A stretch of 64,000 nucleotides of DNA from Pseudomonadota bacterium (GTDB taxonomy: Bacteria; Pseudomonadota; Alphaproteobacteria; Sphingomonadales; SMXR01), in NCBI GenBank assembly GCA_022566215.1, contig JADFJJ010000002.1, forward strand, positions 19,372-83,371. The letters run 5' to 3'. Positions 20,229-29,714 of the stretch are shown here, in pieces (positions within the stretch are counted from its first letter, which is position 1; the number at the start of each line of letters is the position of its first letter). The position numbers and the translations under genes are program-made. Under the pieces are notes generated by a model that was given only the letters and a program-made list of their open reading frames with translations, did not search any database and was not told the DNA's origin.

Positions 20229-20339
20229 TTAGCATTTTTTGGGCGGCGAACGCCGGTGGGGTCTTACCCTTACCGGCTTCGGACCCGGTTTGTTGCCTAG
20301 ACGAACTCGTCTAACAACTTTCTTGCAAGGTTTTGCCAT
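20229..20339 (-). CDS. candidate 36-aa highly basic Pro/Arg/Lys-rich mini-protein (below the ORF track's size cutoff)
   Basis: GGAGGTGATAAGA-ATG, a strong SD 5-7 nt upstream. Translation is MAKPCKKVVRRVRLGNKPGPKPVRVRPHRRSPPKKC. Same strand as the 328-aa gene and 88 nt upstream of it. Confidence 0.35.
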   Translation of the reverse strand: MAKPCKKVVRRVRLGNKPGPKPVRVRPHRRSPPKKC

Positions 20340-20585
20340 TCTTATCACCTCCTTTCCCAGGCAGTAGCCCGTCTCTGTTTCAGGCCACGCCTCCTAAGAA
20401 AAGAAAAAGAATGACGGCAAGCGCCGCGAGTCGAAACGTGACTCCACACAACCTAAGAGTCAAGACCGAAAACACAACATATGCTAAAATTCTACCCTTG
20501 AGGCACAATAGATAGCATTCTTTTGAGAATTACCATTAGCAGATACAATGCTTTCACTCGCTCCATTATTTTTTTAAAAGAAAAG

Positions 20586-21065
20586 TTACTCGTCGGCTTC
20601 CGGAGCTTCTTCTTCCGAATCCATTTCAATAGGAATCATCAGGTGCGGGGCCGGTTGGCTCATGACCCAGGTTTTGCCGTCACCAAAATCGCTATTGAAC
20701 CCCTCAAGGCTTCCCGCACCGGGAATAATCACCATGATATGCGGCAAATCCCCTGCCAGCATGTAAGAAACACCGGTTTCATCGACAGCGTAGTGCCCGT
20801 CAACAAGCTCTGATCTCATGGCGGCAGTCCATATAGGGTCGGCGCACACTGGGCCCGAATTTACATTTTCACCGATATAGGGAAAACAGGTCCAGTAATC
20901 ACTGCCCTCGCGCAGCACCGTTCCGTCCGGCAACATAATGGTAGCTTCACTTGCGATGGCGTCCGGTCCCGCCGACATCGCGAGCACAATCATATCCTCG
21001 TCGGCCAATGCAACAGACCCCGCAAATAGCGCCCCCGCGGCCAATGGTATCAACATTTTTTTCAT
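20586..21065 (-). CDS. secreted hypothetical protein with acidic C-terminal tail
   Basis: Start at the internal ATG (MKKMLIPLAAGALFAGSVALA-DED signal peptide). 159 aa, ending DSEEEAPEADE. No recognised domain. Confidence 0.55.
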   Translation of the reverse strand: MKKMLIPLAAGALFAGSVALADEDMIVLAMSAGPDAIASEATIMLPDGTVLREGSDYWTCFPYIGENVNSGPVCADPIWTAAMRSELVDGHYAVDETGVSYMLAGDLPHIMVIIPGAGSLEGFNSDFGDGKTWVMSQPAPHLMIPIEMDSEEEAPEADE

Positions 21066-21225
21066 GAAGTATTCCCCCTTGAGTGAATTAATTATCCGGG
21101 CCACCCGGATCTTATTCCGACTGAAACAACGTTTATCGAATAAAAAGAAAAACCCCCGCCAAGCCTTAAGCCTAGCATAATGCCCAGTAAGGGGCAAATT
21201 TATGCTCATCCCCCGCTTTTATTAA

Positions 21226-23034
21226 TCAATAAAGCGCCTCAAGCTGGTCCCCAAACTCTGCCTTGATGGTATGGCGGCGGATTTTAAGGGTTGGGGTCAT
21301 TTGCCGGTTCTCGACCGTAAAGGGATGGGGGCTAAGGATAAACTTCCGGACTTTTTCCAGGTTCGATAGCTTGCCGTTGACCCGGCCGACGGCGGCGCTG
21401 ATGGCCTTGATAAGTTCCTTGTCATCGTGAAGAATTGCCAAATCCGCATCGCGTCCGTTCTCGGCGGCCCATTTTTTAAGCCATACTTCGTCAGGAACGA
21501 TCAGGCCGACCAGATAGGAGTGCCCATCACCAGAGACCATGGCTTGCGCTATCTCCAGCTCCAGGGTCAGAAGCCCCTCGACCCGCTGGGGTGAGACGTT
21601 ATCGCCCTTGTCGAAGACAATAATATCCTTCTTGCGGTCGGTGATCTTGAGGTGGCCAAGTTCGGTAAACTCACCTATATCTCCGGTGTGCAGCCAGCCG
21701 TCTTTGATCACCTCATCGGTGGCTTGCCGATTGCGCCAGTAGCCTTTCATCACCAGCTCGCCACGGACCAGGATTTCCCCGTCCCCGGCAATTTTAACCT
21801 CGGTGTTTTTCACCGGCGGGCCAGTGGCGTCGGTGCGGATATCAGGCAGGCAGTTAGCACTGATCAGGGGACCGGCTTCAGTCTGGCCATAACCCTGCAG
21901 CATGGTAATGCCAAAGGCGCGGAAGAATGAGCCGACGTCCGGGTTCAAGGCTGCGCCGCCGGACACCATGGCCTTGATTTTGCCGCCAAAGTGTGCCTGG
22001 ATTTTTTTCCGGACCAGAATATCGAGGAACTTGTTTTCAATTTTCTCTTTGAAAGTGAGCGAGGTTGGGTCGTCCAGCTTCTTACGGCCCAGTTCCAGCG
22101 TGCGCCGGAACAGCTTTTCTTTTTTTCCCCCTTGTTTCGCCACCGCGGTCTCAACCCGCTCCTTGATCATTTCGAACAGGCGCGGAACCACCAGCATGAC
22201 TGCCGGTTTAACCTCCAGCATATTGGCGCCCAGTTTTTCCAGGCTTTCGGCAAAGTGAATTTCCGCGCCGATCGCGATCGGCAGGAAAACATCGCCCAGA
22301 TGCCCGAAGGCATGGGACATCGGCAGGAAAGAAAGAAACCGGTTTCCGGCGATCCCGAATGGATAAAGAACCTCATAGGCGCCTTCGCAATTATGAAGGA
22401 TCGAACCGTGGTGCAAAATAACCCCTTTGGGTGAACCGCCGGTGCCGGAGGTATATATAATGCATGACGTGTCATCACGCGTTAAGGCTTCGGCTTCCCG
22501 TTTCAGCGCCCCTATATCCCCGGGACTGGCTTCCAAAACTTCGTCCCAGCGGTGCAGCTCGATATTGATGTGCTGGGAAAGCTCCAGAGGCTCGATCAGA
22601 ATGACATGGCGCAAGGTATCCAACTGGTGAGCAGCGGGCAGGAAGGTGCGCGCCAGGCTTTCGGTGGAGACAATCGCCACCTTGGCGCCAGAGTTTTCCA
22701 AAACGTGCATGTGATCGCGGGTAGTGTAAGTGGTGTAAAGCGGAACTGTAACGGCCCCCAGCGCCATGATGGCGATATCGGCGATCACCCATTCGGGCCG
22801 GTTTTCACTCAATAGCAAAACCCGGTCCCCCTTCTTGACCCCAAGGCGTTTCAGCCCTTCGGCCAGCCGGGCAATTTTATCCGCGCTTTCAGCCCAGGTC
22901 AGGGAGGACCATTTGCCCTCCCGCTTGGCGGAAAGAAGCACGTCTTTCCGGTGTTTTTCCAGCTGGCCGAAAAACATCGCCGGCAGGCTGTCCCAGCGTT
23001 TCATTGCCACAATCTTTTTGGTCTTTTTTGTCAT
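21226..23034 (-). CDS. long-chain acyl-CoA synthetase (AMP-forming, FadD-like)
   Basis: 602 aa with AMP-binding motif IIYTSGTGGSPKGV, plus GYGQTE and TGDIG motifs. Confidence 0.88.
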   Translation of the reverse strand: MTKKTKKIVAMKRWDSLPAMFFGQLEKHRKDVLLSAKREGKWSSLTWAESADKIARLAEGLKRLGVKKGDRVLLLSENRPEWVIADIAIMALGAVTVPLYTTYTTRDHMHVLENSGAKVAIVSTESLARTFLPAAHQLDTLRHVILIEPLELSQHINIELHRWDEVLEASPGDIGALKREAEALTRDDTSCIIYTSGTGGSPKGVILHHGSILHNCEGAYEVLYPFGIAGNRFLSFLPMSHAFGHLGDVFLPIAIGAEIHFAESLEKLGANMLEVKPAVMLVVPRLFEMIKERVETAVAKQGGKKEKLFRRTLELGRKKLDDPTSLTFKEKIENKFLDILVRKKIQAHFGGKIKAMVSGGAALNPDVGSFFRAFGITMLQGYGQTEAGPLISANCLPDIRTDATGPPVKNTEVKIAGDGEILVRGELVMKGYWRNRQATDEVIKDGWLHTGDIGEFTELGHLKITDRKKDIIVFDKGDNVSPQRVEGLLTLELEIAQAMVSGDGHSYLVGLIVPDEVWLKKWAAENGRDADLAILHDDKELIKAISAAVGRVNGKLSNLEKVRKFILSPHPFTVENRQMTPTLKIRRHTIKAEFGDQLEALY

Positions 23035-23150
23035 TCAACCGCGCTCCATAATCGGATGATACTCAATGTATTATCAACGGCAATAAAAATAAGCAAAAAC
23101 ATCGGAGATTTCCTTGCGTCTTTATCCCATCTATGTCAATGGAGGGCAAA

Positions 23151-26100
23151 ATGGCACCCAAGCCCGTAAGCCCCCAAGACCGAGCGATGAAACAGCATAA
23201 AACCCAAGCTTCTATTCTGGATCAGGTAAAAGCGTCAGCCAGGCCAAAGCTCATTAAGTCCTTCCAGATTTCTGAAAAGGCTGATCTGGGGCGTTTTATT
23301 TCCTCCTTTTTTGTCGCCGCCTCACTGGAAGATCTCAAGGAAACCGAGCCTGAAAAACTGTTCGGGATTGCCTATTCGATCTGGGAGCTGGCCGGCCACA
23401 GGGCGGCGGCTTCGCCTTTGGTCCGGGTTTTCAATCCCGACCTCAGAAAAGACGGGTGGAAAACACCGCATACTGTAATCCAGATAGTTAACGACGACAT
23501 GCCGTTTCTGGTCGACAGCATTACCGGGTATTTATCCAACATATGCGGATATCGCATTCATATTATGCATCACCCGGTTCTGACTTTAAAAAGGGACCGA
23601 AGGGGAAAGCGCCTGAAAACCTGTGAGGGACCCGGCGCCGAGGTGGAGATGGCAAAAGGCGCCTTGTCCGAATCGTACCTTCATGTTGAGATTGACGCCC
23701 AAACGGATGCCAAAATTCTCACCGGCATTGAGAAGGATATCTTGAAAATCCTGGGAGACGTCCGCAGCGCGGTGACGGACTGGAAACCTATCCTGGCAAA
23801 GGCAGATGAGACAATAGCAGAACTGGAGCAACGCGGCAGGGGCAAAAACAAACACCTTTTTGACGAAGCCAGGGCGTTTATGGTCTGGCTGAAAGATGAC
23901 AATTTCACTTTCCTTGGGTATCGCGAATACACGTTCGAAGGGGATGACAAGGCAAGGGCCATCGACCAGAGCCAGACATCGGGGCTTGGCATCCTGACCG
24001 ACCCCGACCGTCATGTTATGCACGGCGCTCATGGTCTAACCCTGTTGGCGGCTGAAATTGCAGATTTCCTCCAGAACCAAAGGCCGATGCTGATCACCAA
24101 GGCGAATACCCGGACCATGGTTCACCGCCCGGTCCATATGGATTATGTCAGCGTAAAGAAATATGACGAAAACGGGAAAACCATAGGTGAGCGCGAGTTT
24201 GTGGGTCTCTTTACCTCAAAATCCTACCTGAAAAGTCCCTGGGACGTCCCAATCTTGAGAAAAAAGGTCGCCAACGTACAAAAACGCGCCCCCCACAGCA
24301 CCACCAGCCACGCCGGCAAGGCCATAACCCACATCCTTGAAACCTATCCCCGGGATGAATTGTTCCTGACCAGTGAGCGCCAGCTTTTGAAAACCACCCT
24401 TGGGGTTTTGCATTTGCTTGAGCGGCCGCGGCCCCGCGCCTTTATCCGTGAAGACCGGTACGAACGGTACGTTTCAGCTATCGTTTACGTGCCGAGAGAT
24501 AGCTATCATTCCGGACTGCGTCAAAAAATCGAAAAAATCCTCTGTGACGCCTACCGGGGGGAAATTTCTGTTTATTACGCGCTTTTGAGCGAGGATGTAC
24601 TGGCGCGCTGGCATTTTATTATCAGAACCAAACCCGGCCAGGTCCCGCGCGTGAGCCATGGTGACCTGAACCGGAAAATTGAGGAAGCCGCCAAACCCTG
24701 GGCCGAGGGTCTCAGGGAAGAGCTGGTCGATGCTTTTGGCGAGGCAAAAGGACTGGCGCTGTTCGAAAAATACCGGACCATCTTCCCGGCATCCTACATG
24801 GATGCCTTCAGCCCCCGCCAGGCGATTACCGATATCTCCCATTTACAGGATTTCGATGTCAGCCAGGATGTCAGTTTCGAGGTGTTCCGGGCAGAAAATG
24901 ACCCGGTTTATGCCCTCAGGCTGAATATTTACCATCCCTCCCGCCTGATTGCGTTGTCCGAATGCTTGCCGATGCTGGAAAACCTGGGGGTCAGGGTGAT
25001 CGGGGAAAACTCATATGAACTTTTGACCGAAACCAAGGGCTACATCCACGCGTTTTACATGGAAACGCCGAACCAGGGCGGCGTTAACATCAAGGCGACG
25101 GAAGCATTGGTCGAGCCGATGCTGGACCTGGTATGGAAGGGCGAAGTTGAGAATGACGGCTTTAACGCACTGGCGATTCACGGCGGCCTGCCGTGCCGGG
25201 ATATTGTTATTCTGCGGGCTTATGCGAAATACCTGCGGCAACTGGGTCTGCCGTTTTCACAGGATCTTATTGAGGATTGCCTGGTCCAGACCCCGCGTAT
25301 TGCCAGGCGCCTGATCAAATTGTTTTATGTCCTGTTCAAGCCGGGCAATGAATCCAAGGAAAACCGCCGGCGGCGGGCCGAGGCGATCGTACGCGAAATC
25401 CACAGCAATTTAAATCGTATCAAAAGCCTCGACCAGGACCGAATCTTCAGGTCCTATTTAAACGTCATCCTGGCCACCCTCAGGAGCAACTTTTTTACCA
25501 GCGAAGTTTTGGCCACAAGCATTCCGAAAACGGTTCTTGAAGCCGATGTTCCGGTCCCGGCCCTGGCCTTCAAAATCCGCTCCTCGGTACTGGAAGATGC
25601 TCCCAAACCCCGCCCGTTTGTGGAAATATTTGTTTACTCACCGCGCCTTGAAGGGCTTCACCTGCGCGGTGGTCCAGTCGCCAGAGGGGGCTTGAGATGG
25701 TCGGACCGGCGCGATGATTTCCGCACTGAAGTGCTGGGCCTGATGAAAGCCCAGCAGGTCAAAAATGCGGTGATTGTTCCAGTCGGCGCCAAAGGCGGAT
25801 TTTTTCCAAAGAACCTGCCACTCAAGGGAAGCCGCGATGAGGTATTTGCCGAGGCCCTTTCCTGTTACCGGATTTTTGTCCGCACCCTCTTGTCCCTGAC
25901 CGACAATTATTCCGGAACGCGTATTGTTACTCCCGGAAAAGTTTTCCGCTGGGATGATGCCGACCCCTACCTGGTGGTAGCGGCTGACAAGGGAACCGCC
26001 ACCTTCTCAGATGATGCCAACGATATTGCCACCTCGCTTGGTTTTTGGCTGGATGATGCTTTTGCTTCCGGCGGCTCAAACGGTTATGACCACAAAAAAA

Positions 26101-28079
26101 TGGGCATCACCGCCAAGGGCGCCGCGGTTTCCATTTCCCGGCATTTCCGGGAAATGGGCATCAACGCCACCCTTGAGCCGATCACGGTAATAGGCATAGG
26201 CGATATGTCGGGTGATGTTTTCGGCAACGGTATGCTGCTGTCACGGCAGTTGAAACTGGTCGCCGCTTTTGACCACCGGGATATCTTTTTCGATCCCAGC
26301 CCTAATCCGGAGAAAAGTTTCAAGGAAAGAAAGCGTCTCTTTAACAAGCCGCGTTCCAGCTGGGCGGATTATAATCCAAAGCTGATCTCGAGGGGCGGCG
26401 GGGTTTACAGCCGGTCCTCCAAGTTTATCAAACTGAACAAGGCGTTTCGTAATTTTCTGCAAGTGGATGCGAAGGAATTGACGCCACATGAAATTATCCA
26501 CCACATGCTCAAGGCCAAGGCCGACCTGTTGTGGCTCGGCGGCATTGGAACCTATGTCAAATCGGCCAAGGAAAGCCACCTGGACGCCGGGGACCGGGCC
26601 AATGATGCGCTTCGCGTGAACGCCAACGAGTTGAATGTAAAGGTTATCGGCGAGGGCGCCAATCTGGGCCTGACCCAAAGGGCGCGCATCGATTTTGCCC
26701 GCCGCGGCGGACGTATCAATACCGATTTTATTGATAATTCGGCGGCGGTCGATTGCTCGGACAAAGAGGTCAACATTAAAATCCTGCTGGCCAGTGCTAT
26801 CGCCGCCGGGTCCCTGGCGGCGAAGGCCCGGAATCCCCTCTTGGCCTCCATGAACAAAGACGTTCAGGGGATTGTCCTGCAGGACAATTATCTGCAGACC
26901 AGGGCGATTTCCATTGCCGAGGCGCAAGCCCCGATGAAACGTGAACAGCATGCCGGGTTGATTCGCCTTCTGGAAAAAGAAAAGCGGTTGGAACGGGCGC
27001 TTGAACACCTGCCGACCGATGAGCAGTTCTCCAAGATGGCGCTTAAAGGGCGTGGCCTGACCCGGCCGGACCTTTCGGTTCTGGTGGCCCATTCCAAGTT
27101 GCGCCTCAAGGATGTTTTGCTGAGTGGGAAAATCCTGGAAAACCGGATTTTATATAACGAACTGGTCTGGGGTTTCCCGAAACGGCTGCGCCAGCGGTTC
27201 GAAAAAGAGCTTTTGGGCCACCGGTTGCGCCGCGAGATTATCGCCACCACGCTGGCCAATGAAATTGTCAACCGTGCCGGCCTGACATTTGTCAACGAGA
27301 TTGAAGAGGAAACCGGCCTGTCGCCCAACCAGATCGTGTCGGCGTTTCTGGTCGCCCGGGATACCTTCAAACTGAAGCCGATCTGGGTTGCGATTGATGT
27401 CCTCGACTACAAGGTTCCGGCCAACGTTCAGACCGACATGCATATCCAGATTCAGGCGTTTCTGCGCCGCCAGGCCATCTGGTACCTCAAGCACCTGAAA
27501 CGGCCGATCAAGGTAAATGCCGGAATAGACCGTTATCAGGAAGCAATTCTAAAACTTATGAAGTATCCGGAACGGGTTCTGAGTCCGTTGGAGCAGAAGG
27601 ATCTCCGTGACCGGTGGCACGCCCTGACAGATCATGGGGTGCCAACAGCATTGGCAAAAAAAGTGGCGGTTTTCTCCGTTATGCCCCAGGCCTGCGACAT
27701 TGTGAGCGTCGCCATCACGCTGAAACGAAGCGTTGAGGATGTCGGCAAAGCCTATTTCGAAGTGGGGCGGGTGCTTGGCTTTGACTGGTTGCGGCACACC
27801 ACCGAGACGCTGATTGAAAAAGACCACTGGGATTATCTGGCCGCCCACTCGATCATTGACGATCTGGCCGACCAACGGCGCGAACTGACCCATTCCATCC
27901 TGTCGCGCCACAAGAAAAAACCGGGTTGCCAGGCAGTCGAGGCCTGGGTAGCCAGTCATAAAATAACGCTCAAACGTTCAGCCCGGCTGCTGAATGACTT
28001 GAAAACCTCAGGCGCGATTACGGTCGCGAAACTCTCCTTCGCCGCCCGCCACATCAGAAGCATTCTTCCGAGAAAATAA
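23151..28079 (+). CDS. gdhB: NAD-specific glutamate dehydrogenase, large (~180 kDa) GdhB type
   Basis: About 1640 aa. The central catalytic region GGLRWSDRRDDFRTEVLGLMKAQQVKNAVIVPVGAKGGF is typical of the giant NAD-GDH family. ATG 23151 lies 4 nt after GGAGGG (the track start is 23133). Confidence 0.9.
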   Translation: MAPKPVSPQDRAMKQHKTQASILDQVKASARPKLIKSFQISEKADLGRFISSFFVAASLEDLKETEPEKLFGIAYSIWELAGHRAAASPLVRVFNPDLRKDGWKTPHTVIQIVNDDMPFLVDSITGYLSNICGYRIHIMHHPVLTLKRDRRGKRLKTCEGPGAEVEMAKGALSESYLHVEIDAQTDAKILTGIEKDILKILGDVRSAVTDWKPILAKADETIAELEQRGRGKNKHLFDEARAFMVWLKDDNFTFLGYREYTFEGDDKARAIDQSQTSGLGILTDPDRHVMHGAHGLTLLAAEIADFLQNQRPMLITKANTRTMVHRPVHMDYVSVKKYDENGKTIGEREFVGLFTSKSYLKSPWDVPILRKKVANVQKRAPHSTTSHAGKAITHILETYPRDELFLTSERQLLKTTLGVLHLLERPRPRAFIREDRYERYVSAIVYVPRDSYHSGLRQKIEKILCDAYRGEISVYYALLSEDVLARWHFIIRTKPGQVPRVSHGDLNRKIEEAAKPWAEGLREELVDAFGEAKGLALFEKYRTIFPASYMDAFSPRQAITDISHLQDFDVSQDVSFEVFRAENDPVYALRLNIYHPSRLIALSECLPMLENLGVRVIGENSYELLTETKGYIHAFYMETPNQGGVNIKATEALVEPMLDLVWKGEVENDGFNALAIHGGLPCRDIVILRAYAKYLRQLGLPFSQDLIEDCLVQTPRIARRLIKLFYVLFKPGNESKENRRRRAEAIVREIHSNLNRIKSLDQDRIFRSYLNVILATLRSNFFTSEVLATSIPKTVLEADVPVPALAFKIRSSVLEDAPKPRPFVEIFVYSPRLEGLHLRGGPVARGGLRWSDRRDDFRTEVLGLMKAQQVKNAVIVPVGAKGGFFPKNLPLKGSRDEVFAEALSCYRIFVRTLLSLTDNYSGTRIVTPGKVFRWDDADPYLVVAADKGTATFSDDANDIATSLGFWLDDAFASGGSNGYDHKKMGITAKGAAVSISRHFREMGINATLEPITVIGIGDMSGDVFGNGMLLSRQLKLVAAFDHRDIFFDPSPNPEKSFKERKRLFNKPRSSWADYNPKLISRGGGVYSRSSKFIKLNKAFRNFLQVDAKELTPHEIIHHMLKAKADLLWLGGIGTYVKSAKESHLDAGDRANDALRVNANELNVKVIGEGANLGLTQRARIDFARRGGRINTDFIDNSAAVDCSDKEVNIKILLASAIAAGSLAAKARNPLLASMNKDVQGIVLQDNYLQTRAISIAEAQAPMKREQHAGLIRLLEKEKRLERALEHLPTDEQFSKMALKGRGLTRPDLSVLVAHSKLRLKDVLLSGKILENRILYNELVWGFPKRLRQRFEKELLGHRLRREIIATTLANEIVNRAGLTFVNEIEEETGLSPNQIVSAFLVARDTFKLKPIWVAIDVLDYKVPANVQTDMHIQIQAFLRRQAIWYLKHLKRPIKVNAGIDRYQEAILKLMKYPERVLSPLEQKDLRDRWHALTDHGVPTALAKKVAVFSVMPQACDIVSVAITLKRSVEDVGKAYFEVGRVLGFDWLRHTTETLIEKDHWDYLAAHSIIDDLADQRRELTHSILSRHKKKPGCQAVEAWVASHKITLKRSARLLNDLKTSGAITVAKLSFAARHIRSILPRK

Positions 28080-28100
28080 TTCTGTTTATGGGTGCATGAC

Positions 28101-29690
28101 CTAGTGCCGGAAATGGCGCATGCCGGTAAAGACCATGGTAATGCCCGCCGCGTCCGCCGCGTCGATCACTTCCTGGTCCCGCATCGACCCGCCCGGCTGG
28201 ATTACGGCGGTGGCGCCGGCTTCCACCAGGGCCTCAAGGCCATCGGCGAACGGGAAGAAGGCGTCCGAAGCGGCGACCGAACCTTTGGTTCCGGCCTCTT
28301 TCAGTCCCGCCGCTTCGGCGGCATCTTGCGATTTCCGGGCGGCAATGCGGGCGCTGTCAACACGGCTCATCTGTCCGGCGCCAACGCCGACCGTGGCGCC
28401 CCCCTTGGCGTAGACGATAGTATTGGATTTGACGTGCTTGCAAACCCTAAAGGCGAACAGCATGTCGGCCATTTCCTGATCTGAAGGTGCGCGTTTTGTG
28501 ACTACTTTCAGGTCTGCCTTGCCAATCCGCCCGGCATCCCGGTTTTGCACCAGGTATCCGCCCGCCAGGGTTTTTATGGTTAGGCCCCCGGCATCGGGAT
28601 CGGCCAGGCTGCCGGCCTCCAGCAGACGAAGATTCTTTTTCTTTTTGAAAATCTCTTGCGCTTCAACGCTGATTTTTGGGGCGATGACAACTTCGGTGAA
28701 AATTTCTGAAATCTTGGCCGCGGTTTCCCCATCCAGCGTCCCGTTGAGGGCAATAACCCCGCCAAAGGCGCTGACCGGATCGCACGCCAGAGCTTTTTCA
28801 TAAGCCTCCAGCGGCGTCTTGCCGGTAGCCACCCCGCACGGGTTGGCGTGCTTGATAATGGCCACCGCAGGCACACCTTCACTAAACTCCGAGATAAGCT
28901 CATAGGCCGCATCGGCATCGTTCAGGTTATTGTAGCTGAGCGCCTTGCCCTGCAGCTGCCTGGCGCCGATAATGCCTGGCCGCGGGTTGACCTCGGAAAG
29001 ATAGAAAGCGGCTTTCTGGTGCGGGTTTTCACCGTAGCGCAACTCTCCGCCCAGCCGTCCGGAAACACTTAAGTAAGACGGAAACAGGGTATCGGTCTGG
29101 CCCGCGAACCAGCTTGAAATTGCGGCGTCATAGGCGGCCGTCCGGGAAAACGCCTTGGCCGCCATCATTTTTCTGAACGTATGAGAAGTGGCGCCATTGT
29201 GTTCATCCAGTTCCGCCACCAGACCCTGATAATCCGCAGCATCGACGATGACCGTGACAAAGCGGTGGTTCTTGGCTGCCGAGCGGATCATCGATGGCCC
29301 GCCGATATCGATATTCTCAATGGTCTCCTCAAAGCCGGCGCCCTCCTTGACCGTTTTCTCAAACGGGTACAGGTTGACCACAACCAGATCGATGGCGCCG
29401 ATGCCGTGCTCTTCCATCGCTAATTTGTGATCTGGATTGTCGCGTATTGCCAAAAGTCCGCCGTGAACCTTGGGATGAAGCGTCTTGACCCGGCCATCCA
29501 TGATTTCCGGAAAACCGGTGTAATCGGACACATCCTTGACCGCGATACCGGCCTTGCGCATGATTTTGGCCGACCCGCCGGTGGAGAGGATTTCCACACC
29601 CAGGGATTCAAGTTTTTGCCCCAGTTTAACCAGCCCCGTTTTGTCTGAAACGGAAACCAGGGCGCGGCGGATTTTTATCGTTTCACTCAT
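28101..29690 (-). CDS. purH: bifunctional AICAR transformylase / IMP cyclohydrolase PurH
   Basis: 529 aa with N-terminal MGS-like [11 protein letters not shown] and a full-length PurH-like sequence. Confidence 0.97.
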   Translation of the reverse strand: MSETIKIRRALVSVSDKTGLVKLGQKLESLGVEILSTGGSAKIMRKAGIAVKDVSDYTGFPEIMDGRVKTLHPKVHGGLLAIRDNPDHKLAMEEHGIGAIDLVVVNLYPFEKTVKEGAGFEETIENIDIGGPSMIRSAAKNHRFVTVIVDAADYQGLVAELDEHNGATSHTFRKMMAAKAFSRTAAYDAAISSWFAGQTDTLFPSYLSVSGRLGGELRYGENPHQKAAFYLSEVNPRPGIIGARQLQGKALSYNNLNDADAAYELISEFSEGVPAVAIIKHANPCGVATGKTPLEAYEKALACDPVSAFGGVIALNGTLDGETAAKISEIFTEVVIAPKISVEAQEIFKKKKNLRLLEAGSLADPDAGGLTIKTLAGGYLVQNRDAGRIGKADLKVVTKRAPSDQEMADMLFAFRVCKHVKSNTIVYAKGGATVGVGAGQMSRVDSARIAARKSQDAAEAAGLKEAGTKGSVAASDAFFPFADGLEALVEAGATAVIQPGGSMRDQEVIDAADAAGITMVFTGMRHFRH

Positions 29691-29714
29691 TCTTGGGCAT
29701 GCTTTCCTGTTCTA

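Larger units (their letters stand above)
19150..20585. other. AT-rich compositionally atypical islet downstream of tRNA-Gly(GCC), with no integrase
   Basis: Base composition drops sharply by eye (long A/T runs, AAA/AAT/TTT-rich codons) between the tRNA 3' flank and the stop of the next normal-composition gene at 20586. The content is orphan. Confidence 0.45.

Noticed and set aside
20333-20515. 60-aa plus-strand ORF in the islet leader (also 20039-20227, 62 aa)
   Set aside because: No SD, and it runs opposite to the islet genes. One overlaps the 328-aa gene start. The composition looks like chance ORFs. A 24-aa minus-strand ORF starting at 20566 (MERVKALYLLMVILKRNAIYCASRV) was also dismissed, since it has no SD and its hydrophobic run is too short for a type I toxin.
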